Of a stretch of DNA of 64,000 bases, positions 1-12,828 are shown piece by piece. Source of the stretch: the human T2T-CHM13v2.0 reference genome, Homo sapiens; NCBI RefSeq assembly GCF_009914755.1, contig NC_060947.1; one strand, written 5' to 3'. The position numbers and the translations under genes were made by a program. Position 1 is the first letter of the stretch. Each line of letters opens with the position of its first letter. A model generated the notes under the pieces. The model was given only the letters and a program-made list of their open reading frames with translations. It was not told the DNA's origin and ran no database searches.

Positions 1-1419
1 ACCTTTAAGTTTGATGCTACTTGTTGCTTTTTTTTTGTAGATGTCCTTCATCAGATTGAGAAATTCCCCTTCTATCCCTAACTGGGATTTCATCAAATGA
101 TTTTTCTTCATCAACTGAGATAACTGTGGGGAAATTTTTCCCTTCATTTCCTGTTAATATGTTGTATGGCATTGTTTGATTTTCATATGTTGAATCACTC
201 TTTACTTTTGGAATAAATTCTACGTGGTCATGGTGTATAATCTTTTAAATATGCTGCTGGATTGTGTTTGTTAGTAATTTTTTAGTATTTTTCATCTCTA
301 TCTACCTATCTATCTATCTACTTATCTATAGTTTGCTTTGCTTTTGATATCTATGTTTGGCTTTAATATCAGGGTAATTCTGGCTTCATTGTATGAGTCA
401 GGAAGTAGTCCCTACACTTTAATTTTTGAAAGTGAAAGTGTTTGAGAAGGATTGGTATTAATTCATTTTTAAATGTTTGACATAATTCACTGGTGAGGCC
501 ATCTGGTTCTAGGCTTTTCTTCATTGCAAGATTTTTGATTCCTGATTCACTCTATTTGTTTTAGACCTATCAGAATGTCTTATTTCTTCTTGAGTTAGTT
601 TGAGTAATTTGTGTTTTCTAGGAATGTCTCCATTTCATCTAGGTTTTTTAGTTTCTTGGCACAAAATTGTTCATAGTATTCTCCTATAATTTTTAAAAAA
701 TCATGTAAGGTTGGTAGTAATACCCACACTTTCATTTCTGACTTTCATAAATTGAATATTCTGTCTATTTTTATTGATCAGTGTAACTGGTGGTGTCAAT
801 TTTATTGGTCTTTTCAAAGAACCAGTTTCTGGGTTTGTTAATTAACTGTATTGTTTTTCTATTCTCTAGTTTTCTTTTATCTCCTCCCTAATATGTAGTA
901 TGTCCTTCCTTTTGCTTCCATTGGGTTTAATGTGTTCATCTTTCCTAGTTTCTTAAGATGAAACCTTAGGTTATTGATTTGAGATCTTTCTTCTTTATTA
1001 ATGTATACATACAACTGTAAGTTTTACTCTGAACACTGCTTTGGCTGTATCCCATCAGTTTTGGCATGTTGCATTTTCATTTTCAGTCATGTCCAAATAT
1101 TTTCCAATATCTTTGTGATTTTCTTTGATCCATTGACTTTTTAGGAGTGTGTTGTTTCATTTCTATATATGTATAAAAATTCCCAGTTTTTTTCTGTTAT
1201 TGATGTCTAGTTTCATTCTGTTGTGGTTGAAGAAAATATTTTGCATTATTTCAATCTTTTCTCTTGTATTTAGATTCGTTTTGTGGGCTAACATATTGTA
1301 TATCCTGAAAAAAGTTTCATGTGCACTTGAGAAGAATGTATATTCTGACATTGTTAAGCAGAGTGTTCTGTATATGTGTTAGGTTTAGTTGGTTCATGGT
1401 TTTGTTCATGTCTTCTGTT
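1..1419 (-). mobile_element. Old L1M ORF2 fragment (endonuclease region)
   Basis: ORF 1163..1351 reads SEYTFFSSAHETF..MLAHKTNLN, a degenerate L1 endonuclease motif; T-rich plus strand. Confidence 0.9.
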
Positions 1420-2084
1420 TGATGAGTCCAGCACCTGGCTAAAAACCTACATATTATTTTTCATGCCCAACCATTGGCAATTGTAAAGTTTTTACCTGTC
1501 AGACCACATGGAAAAAAGCTGCCTTTCCCACACAAACCTTGGTACATAGCCAGTGAATTATAGCTTCTGAAGGGAGTTGCAGTCAAGGACTCAGGCTCAC
1601 CTGGCTGGCCATGCTCTTATGCATATCTGCATCCCTAGGCCAAGCACCTCCTTTCAGAGGCTTCTTTATCTGGATCTCTGGCAAAAGCCTTCATCAGATA
1701 CCTATGCCAAGGCCTCCTTATGGAGTGGGAAGGAGTAATCTTAAACAGCTTTTCTCTACTCTGATTCAGTACTCGGAATTTTCCCAATCCTATCCCTTCC
1801 CTCTAGCCTTCTGGTCCATAAAGTTGCAGGAGCCTTTTGCTCAAGACTTCCTTGGCTATGAGATGTCCCCTACATCTGTGCTGACCCACCTGATCCTAGA
1901 CCAACAGTGTGCCACAGAGAAAAATGGGACGGGGGAGCTGGTGTTTTCTCCAGTTTAGCCTCTTGGTTATGTTATCATAGTAAGTGATTAAAAGCTTGAT
2001 TGTTACTTTCATTTAGGCATTTTTTAATCGGCTACTCTGACACCTGGTAGCTCAGCTCTCTTCAACTCAGCTGAGCTCCTGACA
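1420..2084 (+). mobile_element. 5' LTR of old class III (ERVL/HERV-S-like) provirus; family uncertain (MER54/73/74/88/LTR53 group)
   Basis: TG...CA ends (tgatgagtcc...ctcctgaca); homologous to 11285-12370 plus inverted 12829-12888; followed by a PBS. Confidence 0.8.
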
Positions 2085-2087
2085 AAG

Positions 2088-2105
2088 TGGTGCAGCAAGT
2101 AGTGT
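2088..2105 (+). promoter_or_regulatory. Degenerate primer-binding site, tRNA-Ser(UGA)-like
   Basis: tggtgcagcaagtagtgt matches TGGCGCAGCGAGCAGGGT at 14/18, two mismatches being CpG decay; 3 nt after the LTR end. Confidence 0.65.
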
Positions 2106-3515
2106 AGTGGATTAAGCACAACTGTAGAAAAACAAGAAGCCTGAAAATCCCATGGGCCACTTTGCCAATGGGGTGCTAGTGGAGTCCATGGGGCACTCTC
2201 AGAGGGTGTTAGTAGATGCTTTGCAAGAGTTTGAGGATCCCACAGAGAAGTTTGTCAATGGGTCTTGGGAAATGCTAGCACGTTCCACAGGACACTTTGC
2301 CAACTATATGAATGGGTCTTGGGAAATGCTAGCAGAAGCCATGGGGAATTCTTGGATGTTGCCAGTGAACTGTTGGATTTTTAATTTGAGGGGTCCCATT
2401 AATCCTTATACATTTCAAACTCTTTTGCTGGATTTATCTAGTGGGTCACATTTGAATTCCAACAGAGGGGCTCTAAGAAATCCAGGGAAGCAATTCCCTG
2501 GCTACTGTTTATTGTTCTCCCATGATGAGCCCAAAAGTCATCAGAGATTCTCTTAGGTGAGTTACACCCAATGACTATTGTTAGCTCTAAGCAGGTCCTT
2601 GGCAATGATGGAAAGCCTGCAAAGCAGTGAGTTATTGAGATTCAGGCTTTTAATGAAAAAGGATCACATCACCTAGTGTGGCCTGATGAGACCTTAGAGA
2701 CTTGGTAAGTTTGCTTCCAGAATGAAGGAGATAATCTTGTTAAACTTAGTGACGGAGATTGGCACCTTGTGGAGTGCACCACTTTGGATGTGTCCTCTAG
2801 GGTGCCTTAACATTGGACACTTTGCCTAAGTAGTAGGAAGAAGAGGAGGAAAATGAAAAGTATGAATACTCTTGAGAACTTTTCCTTCCTCAGCTGGTTC
2901 CTACTTCAGACCTGACAGGTTTCAAATGCCCATGACAAGTTCCTTAACATTGGATAACATATCTGAACCAGAATCACAAAAGCTATAGATATAGATGTGA
3001 GCCACTCTGGTCATCCCTTGGGTCCACAATGAGGAAGTGGGAAGAGTAGATAATAGGATTGTCAACCAAACTCAAATTTCCAGGCCCATTCATACCATTC
3101 TTACTGATTATCAAGCTCAATTAAACTTCCTAATGGAATCAGATCAATCAGTCCATGACACAACCTGAATTTTAATGGACAAATTCTCAGGTATGAAAAA
3201 AGGGGCTATGTCAAAATAGCAAATATAAACCAACAGAAAGACATAAAAATGGTAAACATGTGCCCTCTCCTGGACAGTCTAGGTAAGGACGCTTCGGAAA
3301 AGATCTGTGGGTCTTGCTATTCGATAAAGAGGTCTTAAAAGAGGATATCAAAGGGACACCGCACAAAGAACTCCTAGACAGATACTGGGCCACAGAGGGC
3401 TCAACAGGCAACCCTGTTAGGATTTGCACAGTGATTTTTTATAAGTAATACATATGCTATTTTCTGTGCCTCTCTCAGTGCCCCCAGAACCCATACCCTG
3501 GGATTTTAACCCAAT
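2106..3515 (+). mobile_element. ERV leader and gag remnant
   Basis: 3302-3388 translates DLWVLLFDKEVLKEDIKGTPHKELLDRYW, resembling the ERVL gag C-terminal LWxxL..GVP..EIDGQPT..LLDLY motif. Confidence 0.65.
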
Positions 3516-3517
3516 GG

Positions 3518-3572
3518 GTAACTATGAGACCTTCAGCAAATCAGACTTGTCTCTATTTCTTTTCTTTTATTT

Positions 3573-3611
<39 letters not shown>

Positions 3612-3945
3612 TTTTGAAACAGAGTCTCACTATGTCACCCAGGCTGGAGTGGCGCGATCTCGGCTCATTGAAACCTCTGCCTCCGGGGTTCAAGCGATTC
3701 TCTTGCCTCCACCTCCTGAGTAGCCAGGACTACAGGCGCGTGCCACCATGCCTGGCTAATTTTTGTATTTTTAGTAGAGATGGGGTTTTGCCATGTTGGC
3801 CAGGCTGGCCTCGAACTCCTAACCTCAGGTGATCCATCTGCCTCGACCTCCCAAAGTACTGGGATTACAGGTGTGAGCCACCACACCCAGCCATCTATTT
3901 CTTTATCTACACAATGAGGGTGGAGTTAGATGCTCTTTAAAGTCT
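3518..3945 (+). mobile_element. MIR fragment split by an Alu
   Basis: gagaccttcagcaaatca...atctacacaatgagggtggagttagatgctctttaaagtctct resembles the MIR core and 3' end. Confidence 0.55.
3563..3892 (-). mobile_element. AluS with (TTTA)n tail
   Basis: Full Alu dimer; TSD tctatttcttt at 3552-3562 and 3894-3904. Confidence 0.97.
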
Positions 3946-4046
3946 CTGTTAATGTTTTCAGTGCTATCTCTTCTTTATGTACATGTATAATTATTTAAAT
4001 TGAACTTACCTACAAGAAAAAATTCTAAGTACACGCATTCTCACGT

Positions 4047-4075
4047 GCACACACACACACACACACACACACACA
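4047..4075. repeat. (CA)n microsatellite
   Basis: Directly visible. Confidence 0.95.
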
Positions 4076-5524
4076 GTCACACACATTTATTACAGAGGTT
4101 CCCTATATTTACATGAACTTAAGACAGGGACACTAGTCTCTAATCATGTTTTCTGGTCTTTGAAACAATTATACAGCTTCAGCTAATTTTATTTGGTTAG
4201 TCTTGAATCCTAACAGCTCATTTTAAGTAAAATGTTTTTCTCTAAAAATGAGTATTTGTATCTTGATCCATCTGCTCTAATCTTAGGAAGGATGCTAAGC
4301 TAAACAGCATCTCTCATTAGTTTTTTTCAAACTCTAACTTTGACATTGTACTGAAAAAAAGTTATTCACAAAGATGTAATTTCACCTTTCACTCCCTGAA
4401 TTACCAATTCTTATTCTTTCATTCCTCAATCTTATGAAATATGTCTGTCTTGGCAGAACAATGACATTATCAAACTCAACACTTGCTGATAACTAGAAAT
4501 TTAATCTCCTTCAATGATCGTATAGGAAGTTATAACATTAGTAACAGCTCATGGTCACTCTACCCTTTGTTAAGTCCAAGGATTTACTGTCCCATGAGTT
4601 TCAGGATCAAGAAACAAATAGTTAAATGGCATGTGAAGTTCTTGATTTGTGAGACTAGCAACTCCTAGGCTCTGAAAGGGGGAGCAGATGGATATTCCTA
4701 GGACATCTGCTTTGCTTGCACACAGCAGGTTAACAGTCCCAAGAGGTTGTGGAGTTTTGTAAAGCAAAGTGCTTTACATTCCTGCTGCCTTTGGTTCTTG
4801 GTGATTAAGCTTAATTTAATAGTAAGCCATTTCTATACACTATTTTACTAGCTAGTGTTACTGGAAAGAATATCATTAACCTAACATCAAGGTATAATCT
4901 CCCTTGGAATGCTATTAAACTGTGTATATTGCCTAATCTTTAAGGTTTTGATTTACTATTATTGCTACTTGAAAACATCTAATTTACATACATAAAACTT
5001 GTTTATGTTATATAACTTTGTGTTATTGCAGACTGAAACCACGTGCTTGAGATGCCAACACTTCCTTCCTCCTGAAGTGGCTTAAAACCTGGTGTTCTAA
5101 ACTGTAGTGAGTGTAGGGTATGAGGTTTGGGATTTACAGTGTATGGGAATCAGGCTCTTTCTCCTCTTCATAGAGGCTGACCCACTCCTCCTCATTGCCA
5201 ATGGCTCCAACCTGTGAAAAAGGAGATCCTAAGGTTGGCTGGATAAGCCATGGGGACTGGAGCTGCCATATACACTATGTTCACCTGCTTGGTATGTAGT
5301 AGGCTGGGCAGAGCCACACCACAACGCCGACACCTGGGGATAAGTTGAGTCCTGAAAAAACACACACATGTGTACACACACACACACCCTCTCATACCTT
5401 GGAAGTACAGGCTCTTGCTATTCCTACCATTGAGGCTGGGTGAGTTTTAGACAAAAGCTCATGGTCAAGAACTGGGCCCCAGAAGGGCTGGGTCTGAAAG
5501 GTAAATCCTTTGGGAACAAACCTC

Positions 5525-5994
5525 TGTGAAAGGAAAATATCCTGGGCCCCCAAAATCCCTAAGCTAAACGGAAAATTCATGCTGGGAACTGCTTAGGGCA
5601 AACCTGCCTCGCATTCTATTCAAAGTCATCCCTCTGCTCACTGAGATAAATGCATATCTGATTGCCTCCTTTGGAGAGGCTAATTAGAAACTCAGAAGAA
5701 TCCAACCATTTGTCTCTCACCTACCTGTGACCTAGAAGCCCATTCCCCACTTTGAGTTGTCCCACTTTTGCTTCAAGTTGTCCCACCTTTCTGGACTGAA
5801 CCAATGTTCATTTTACATATGTTGATTAATGTCTCATGTCTCCCTAAAATGTATAAAACCAAGCTGTGCTCTAACCACCTTGGGCACATGTCATCAGGAC
5901 TTCCTGAGGCTGTGTCATAGGTGCACATCCTCAAGCTTGGCAAAATAAACTTTCTAAATTAACTGAGATCTGTCTCAAATTTTGGGGGTTCACA
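5525..5994 (+). mobile_element. Solo LTR, MER4A-like (ERV1)
   Basis: tgtgaaaggaaaat...ttcaca, TATA-like and AATAAA motifs, imperfect 4-bp TSD cctc/cttc. Confidence 0.85.
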
Positions 5995-6009
5995 CTTCTG
6001 AGGGCTCAG

Positions 6010-6188
6010 AGACCTTGGGTGATGGAAAGGACCTTCAACACCATCTTGTTCTTCCTCTTGTCTGACATGTGAGGACTCAAAGTGGGCCCAGAGAAAAGAT
6101 TTGGCCAGGATCCCATGGTTAGCAATGATAGAGCTGTGGGCACAGCTGGGTGTCCTCACTTAGGGTCCACAGCCATTTCAACCACATG
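6010..6188 (-). mobile_element. MIR fragment
   Basis: ggaaaggaccttcaacaccatct...ggcccagaga...ttggccaggatcccatgg matches the MIR core. Confidence 0.6.
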
Positions 6189-6444
6189 CTGACCAGGGAC
6201 TCTCTGTCTTTCCCTGCTCCTACCCTGACCCTTCTGCTCAACACACACCAAAAAGATCACTGCTTAACCACAACATAAGGAAGGTCCTTTTACAGAAATA
6301 ACTCAGCTTTTGTTCTGGGAGCCAGACCTAGAAGTCCCTTTAAGAACCACGTCAGGGCAGAAGTGACTAGAAAAGAACCAGTCTCTTCAATTAGAGAATT
6401 GCCTTTTCCAAATTTATCAACAAAGCCCCCATAGGGTACCCTCC

Positions 6445-8720
6445 TGATATTGTTTGGCTGTGTCCCCACCAAAATCTCATCTTGAATTGTAGTTCCCATA
6501 ATCTCCACGTGTCATGGGAGGGACCCGGTGGGAAGTAATTGAATCATGGTGGTGGGTTTTTCCTATGTCATTCTCATGATAGTGAATAAGTCTCATGAGT
6601 TATGATGGTTTTATAAAGGGCAATTCCCCTACACAGGCTCCCTTGCCTGCTGCCATGTAAGACATGCCTTCACTCCTTCTTCACCTTCCATCATGATTGT
6701 GAGGCCTCCCCAGCCATGTGGAACCGTGAGTCCATTAAACCACTTTTTTAAAATAAATTACCCAATCTCAAGCATGTCTTTATTGGCACCATGGGAACAG
6801 ACTAATACAGTAAATTGGTACCAGGTAGTGGGGCACTGCTGTAAAGATACCCAAAAATGTAGAAGCAACTTTGGAACTGGGTAACAGGCAGAGGTTGGAA
6901 CAGTTTGGAGAGCTCAGAAGAAGACAGGAAAATGTGGGAAAGTTTGGAACTTCCTAGAGACTTGTTAAATGTCTTTGACCAAAATGCTGATAGTGACATG
7001 TACAATAAACTCCAGGCTGAGGTGGTCTCAGATGGAGATGAGGAACTTGTTGGGAACTGGAGCAAAGGTGACTATTGTTATGCTTTAGCAAAGAGACTGG
7101 TAGCATTTGCCCCTGCCCTAGAGATCTGTGGAACTTTGAACTTGAGAGCGATGATTTAGGGTATCTGGTGGAAGAAATTTCTAAGTGGTAAAGGGTTCAA
7201 GAGGAAGCAGAGCATAAAAGTTTGGAAAATTTGTAGGCTGATGTTGCAATAGAAAAGAAAAACCCATTTTCTGGGGAGAAATTCAAGCTTGCTGCAGAAA
7301 TTTGCATCGGTAAAGAGGAGTTGAAGGTTAATCACTAAGACAATGGGGGAAAATGTCTCCAGGGCATGTCAGAGACCTTTGCAGCACCCCTCCTATCACA
7401 GGCCCAGAGGCCTAGGAGGAAAAAATGGTTTTGTGGGTTGGGCCCAGGGCCCCCTTGCTTTGTGCAGCCTAGGGACTTGGTGCCTTGAGTCCCAGCTGCT
7501 CCAGCCATGGCTAAAAGGGGTCAATGTACAGCTTGGGCCATGGCTTCGGAGGGTCCAAGCCCCAAGTCTTGGCAGCTTCCACATGGTGTTGAAAGCATAC
7601 AGATGCACAGAAGTCAAGAACTGAGGTTTGGGAGCCTCTGCCTAGATTTCAGAGGATGTATGGAAATGTCTGTATGTCTAGGCAAAAGTTTGCTGCAGGG
7701 GTGACACCCTTATGGAGAACTTTTGCTAGAGCAGTACAGAAGGGAATTGTGGGTTTGAAGCACCCACACAGAATCCCCACTGGGGCACTGCTTAGTGGAG
7801 CTATGAGAAGAAGGCCACTGTCCTCTAGTCCCCAAAATGGTAGATCCACCGACAGCTTGCAATGTGTACCTAGAAATACCACAGACACTCAACGCCAGCC
7901 CATGCAAGCAGCCAGGAGGGGAACTGTACCGTGCAAAGCCACAGGGGGTGGAGCTGCCCAAAACTACGGAAACCCACCTCTTGCATCAGCATGACCTGGA
8001 TGTGAAACATGAAGTCAAAGGAAACCATTTTGGAGATTTAAGATTTGACTGCCCCACTAGATTTTGCACTTTCATGGGGCCTGTAGCCCCTTCATTTTGC
8101 CAATTTCTCCCACTTGGAACAGGTGCATTTACCCAATTCCTGTACTCTCACTGTATCTAGGAAGTAACTAACTTGCTTTTGCTTTTATAAGCTCATAGGC
8201 GGAAGGGGCTTACCTTGTCTCAGATGAGACTTCGGACTGTGGACTTTTGAGTTAATGCAGAAAAGAGTTAAGACATTGGGGGACTGTTGGGAAGGCATGA
8301 TTGGTTTTGAAATGTGAGAACATGAGATTTGGGAGGGGCCAGGGGCAGAATGATATGGTTTGGCTGTGTCCCCACCCAAATCTCATCTTGAATCATAGCT
8401 CCCATAATCTCCACATGTCATGGGAGGGACCCAGTGAGAGATAATTGAATCACAGGGGCAGGTTTTTCCCATGCCATTCTCGTGAAAGTGAATAAGTCTC
8501 AGATGATCTGATGGTTTTATAAAGGGCAGTTCCCCTACACAGGCTGTCTTGCCTGCTGCCATGTAAGACATGCCTTTGCTCCTTCTTCACCTTCCACCAG
8601 GAGGCTCCTGTGAAGCCTCCCCAGCCATGTGGAACTGTGAGTCCATTAAACCTCTTTTTCTTTATAAATCACCCAGTCTCAGGTATGTCTTTATTAGCAG
8701 CTTAAGAAAAGACTAATACA
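6445..8720 (+). mobile_element. Full-length THE1 (THE1B/C-like) MaLR: LTR 6445-6809, internal 6810-8350, LTR 8351-8720
   Basis: Two homologous LTRs, polypurine tract 8331-8350, perfect 5-bp TSD CCTCC (6440-6444, 8721-8725). Confidence 0.97.
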
Positions 8721-8829
8721 CCTCCAAACTTCCCCATCTTGTGCCATTCCTGAGTCTTTCATCCTGCCCAATGATCTGTCGTTGATGATTTTATTCCCAG
8801 CCTTGGACCAGCATATAAAACAAACCCCC

Positions 8830-9600
8830 CATGAGGAGGAGGCTTTTGGTTAAAAATTAGTCCTACTCCTAGTAAGCTGTTTGTTACCTATATGGATGTT
8901 CATCAGAAAGGCCCCTATGTTGACAAAGGGGACTATTACCAAGAAGCAGACAGTGTTTGTCAGCTAAACATGGAGACTGAAGTGTACCCCACAGCAAGCA
9001 GATGTGCAACCAATTACCTCCTGGATCCACAAGAAGAGAAGATGGCCCATGGGAATTCAGACACCATCCTAGACTGGGACTACATGCATGGACTGCCACT
9101 GCTGTGAGATGTCAAAAAAGCATGAAAAAGCTGTGCTTCCTACCAAACCCTGGCCAAAGCTAAAAATCAGTGCTCAGGGACAGAATTCCCTAAACCAGCA
9201 GGCCAGAATGTTTTTGACAGGTAGACCATTTTGGGTGTCTCATCCCATGCAGAAGATTTTACTGGATCCTGACTGCAGTTGGCACTTCTCCAGGTTTGGT
9301 CTAGCCCTCCCTGTGCATTCCACTGATTCAGGACACACTATCCAAGTCCTATAAGACCATATTTGTTCTCTGTTCAGTTTTCCTGAGCACACTGCATCTG
9401 ATAACAGTGCCATATTTGTATCCCAGGCTACACATCAGTGGGCTCAATCATGAGGCGTACAATGGACTCTCCATGTTCTGTATTGCTCCCAAGTTACTGG
9501 GATTATTGAGCATTTCAGCGGACAGTTAAGGACGGGCTTACTTGGCTGATGAAGAGAAAAAGATACCCCCGACAGAACTACACATCTCAGGCAAGCATTC
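8830..9600 (+). mobile_element. ERV pol remnant (RNase H end and integrase)
   Basis: DVHQKG..YQEAD (RNase H end); integrase core FSRFGLALPV..SDNSAIFVSQATHQWAQ*GVQWTLHVLYCSQVTGIIEHFSGQL with stops. Confidence 0.85.
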
Positions 9601-9854
9601 TCTCATCTCAGTGCAGCAATTTAATGAAATGGTATTTCTCATTTGCACCTTATATTTGATCAGTCTGTCCCTTTCCTTCAATTGTATAACCTTCTTTTAT
9701 AGTTATTAAAACCTCAGTCTCTATGGGGAACCCTGCAAGGGCCTTCCATCTCCTTTGACCCCTTTCCTGAAGACTTATAAAGGTGAAAGTTTGAAAGTTT
9801 AAAGCAACTATTAAAGAGCAATGAATGAAAAGTTATGTGAGCCCATTTAAAATT

Positions 9855-10194
<340 letters not shown>

Positions 10195-10689
10195 TGAAGT
10201 TATAGAAAAAATATTTTTTTCTATAAAAAGCCTTTTGTCCCTCTTGCATGCAACCATTCCAGAGAAAAGGTCTGGATGAAAATCGGGGATAGAAAAACAA
10301 TTTGAGGTTTTGATTACTAAATGGGAGTCAACCAACAACAGCAGAAAAAAAAGCAGCACCTGTGAGGGCACTGGGGAGGGAGAGCATATTAATGAGTTTT
10401 ATTTTCTCAGAACTGATCTTGATTTTTCAGAACTGTGTTCCCCTCCTCCTGAAAAATAAAAATAAAATCTTCCTTTGCTGCCCTTTCAGGCTTCAGTGAT
10501 TCACACTAATTGCTAAGCCTAAAACCGTATCTGACAATGCTGACTATGAGAGACGGCAGAAGCTGGTCACAGCTCCTGCAGTGTCCACACAGAACACCTA
10601 CAGATACTCTACACACTCATAAGGATGATCAGCTGATGTCATGGACTACCTTAACTTTTTGAAACTAACAGCCTCAAGTAGTCCCTCTA

Positions 10690-11200
10690 AATCCAAGGAC
10701 TAAACTGAACTATTTGGACTGGACTGGGAACCCTAGAGCAGGAGGCCCCACAATGGGAGATCAAAATGGGGGCCTTGTTAACCTAACCAACTGATTAATC
10801 TGTGTCCTTCTTAGGGTGCCCTAACTCTTTGTCTCCAGCAGGACCATGTATGCCCTCTAGGATTATACTCCTTGTGTGTATACCCTAACTATCATGAGAA
10901 TGCCCTAGCTCTAGAAGATATTTAGGTCAGCTTTAACTTACTGGTCAGAGTTGTGCTGTGCCTGAATTGATATCTTGGGCCAGATAAAAATGATTCATAT
11001 AAAAACTTTAAAAAGAAGCCTCCTGTATCCTTAAAGTACACCCTAATGTTCTGAGACAATTTTTCCTGGCTTGGTAACTGTTGGGATTCATGGTTATATC
11101 CAATCCTCTAGGCAGGTCTAAACGCATCATCCTGTTTAGAATAATTTTGATCATGATCATGGTTTACTGTGGCCTCAGACTAATTACCCAGGTCTTGACA
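10690..11200 (+). mobile_element. ERV env (TM) remnant
   Basis: ALEDI*VSFNLLVRVV, CCA*IDILGQIK and FSWLGNCWDSWLYPIL*AGL in the order of a retroviral TM subunit. Confidence 0.6.
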
Positions 11201-11284
11201 CAGCTCCTCAAGTCTGACCCATTCGAGTTCATGATAGGGTAGACTATGTTTCTTACTTGGGTCCTGAGAATTCAATGGGTATAA

Positions 11285-12370
11285 TGGAGGACTCAAGCTC
11301 CTGGCTAAACATCTATGTGTAATATTTTAGCCCTGACCATAGGCAATGACAAAGGTATCTGACAGGCCTCACAGGGTAAATCTGCCCTCCCTACACCAGG
11401 CTTGATGCATAATCAATGCAATTCAGTCTTTGAAGGAATTTGCAGTCAATGACCCAGCTCCCTCTTGTAACCCATACTCTTATTTCACATCTGCATTCCT
11501 GGCCCAGGCACCTCCATTTGGAGGCCTAGTTATTGTGGGGCCTTTGGCAGAGGGCTTCTGTTATGAGTGAAATTGTATCCCATAAGTTAACATTAGTTAA
11601 GGTACTAACTCTAGTAACTGTGAATTTGACCTTTACCTGAAAAATGGGGTCTTTGCAGATGATCTAGTTAATATTAGGTTACTAAGGTGGGCCCTAATCC
11701 AATATGAGTGGTATCTTCATAAAAAGGGGAAATGTGGAACTGAGACAGACATGCAGAGTGAAGAAATGTGAAGACACAGGGAGAATACTATCTATAAGCC
11801 AAGGAATGCCCGAGGCTACCAGGAGCTAGGAGAGAGGGATAGGACAGATTCGTCTCACAGCCTTCAGAAGGAACCAACCCAGAAGACACCTTGATTTTAC
11901 ACTTCTAACCTTCAGAACTGCGAGACAACAAATTTCAACGAATTTCTGTTGCTTACGGCCTCCAGTTTGTGGCCTAAACAGTTTGTGGTACTTTGTATGG
12001 CAGCCACAAGAAACTAATATGCCTTCCTCAAGAACGCTGCCAAGGTTTCCTTTTTGGGGGAGATATTGAAAACACTTTTTTCCACTCTGGTTGACTATTC
12101 AGTACTTTTCCACTTCTAGCCATTCCCCCTTTCCCTCTCCCCAGGCTTTATAGGAAACTGCAGGAACCTTTTGTTCACTGCTCCCTTGGCAGTGAGAGGA
12201 CCCCCATGTCTTCTCATGCCCCTGAGTCTATGACCCACCTGCCCCTGAGTCTATGGCTGTCATTCCATGGAGGAAAATAGAATGGGGAGAACTGACATTT
12301 TCTCCAGTTCAGACTCTTGTTTATATTATCACAGTGATTATTGGCTTAACTTTTATTTTCATTTTGACTT
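11285..12370 (+). mobile_element. 3' LTR of the class III provirus (interrupted by MLT1; terminal ~60 bp displaced)
   Basis: Aligns by eye with 1420-2025 (e.g. cctggctaaa; tgcagga.ccttttg.tca; ttttctccagtt.ag.ctcttg.ttat.ttatca). Confidence 0.75.
11559..12021 (+). mobile_element. MLT1B/C LTR
   Basis: ggtctttgcagatg, gggccctaatccaat, gaaggaaccaaccc, aaactaat motifs; TSD gcttc/ccttc. Confidence 0.85.
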
Positions 12371-12625
12371 GACAGTTCTGGAGTCTAGGAAGCTCAAGAT
12401 CAAGGCATCTGTTGTGGGCCTTCTTGCTACAAACTCACATGGCAGAAGGGCAAGAGACAGCAAACTCACTCCTCGAGGCCCTTTTTATAGTGGCATTAAT
12501 CCATTCCTGAGGCTAGAGCTCTCATGACCTAAATACCTCCCATTTGGCCCCACCTGTCAACACTGTTTCACTGAGGATTAGGTTTCCAACACATGGATTT
12601 GGGGGACACATTCCGACCATAGAAC
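12371..12625 (-). mobile_element. MST/MLT1A-type MaLR LTR fragment
   Basis: acagttctggag...aagatcaagg...ggggacacattc.gaccatag. Confidence 0.8.
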
Positions 12626-12828
12626 ATATCAATAATTATTTTAAATATAAATTGTCTAAATATACAAATTAAAAGATGGAGATTGGCATGATAGATTAAA
12701 AAACACTACTCACCTATATGCTATCTGTAAGACTCTTGCTTCATAAAAAGTATAGGAAAGTTAAAAGTAAAAGGATGAAAAGAGAGATATAATAAAAACA
12801 TTAATCCAAGAATCAACAAGGGAATAAA
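12626..12828 (+). mobile_element. L1M ORF2 5' fragment (inverted relative to flanking L1)
   Basis: A-rich, aagttaaaagtaaaaggatg typical of the start of L1 ORF2. Confidence 0.7.

Noticed and set aside
5032-5118. Possible plus-strand exon after ttgtgttattgcag
   Set aside because: Weak donor, no partner exons, no recognisable translation
6693-8571. Cluster of 60-112 aa ORFs
   Set aside because: All lie within the THE1 element
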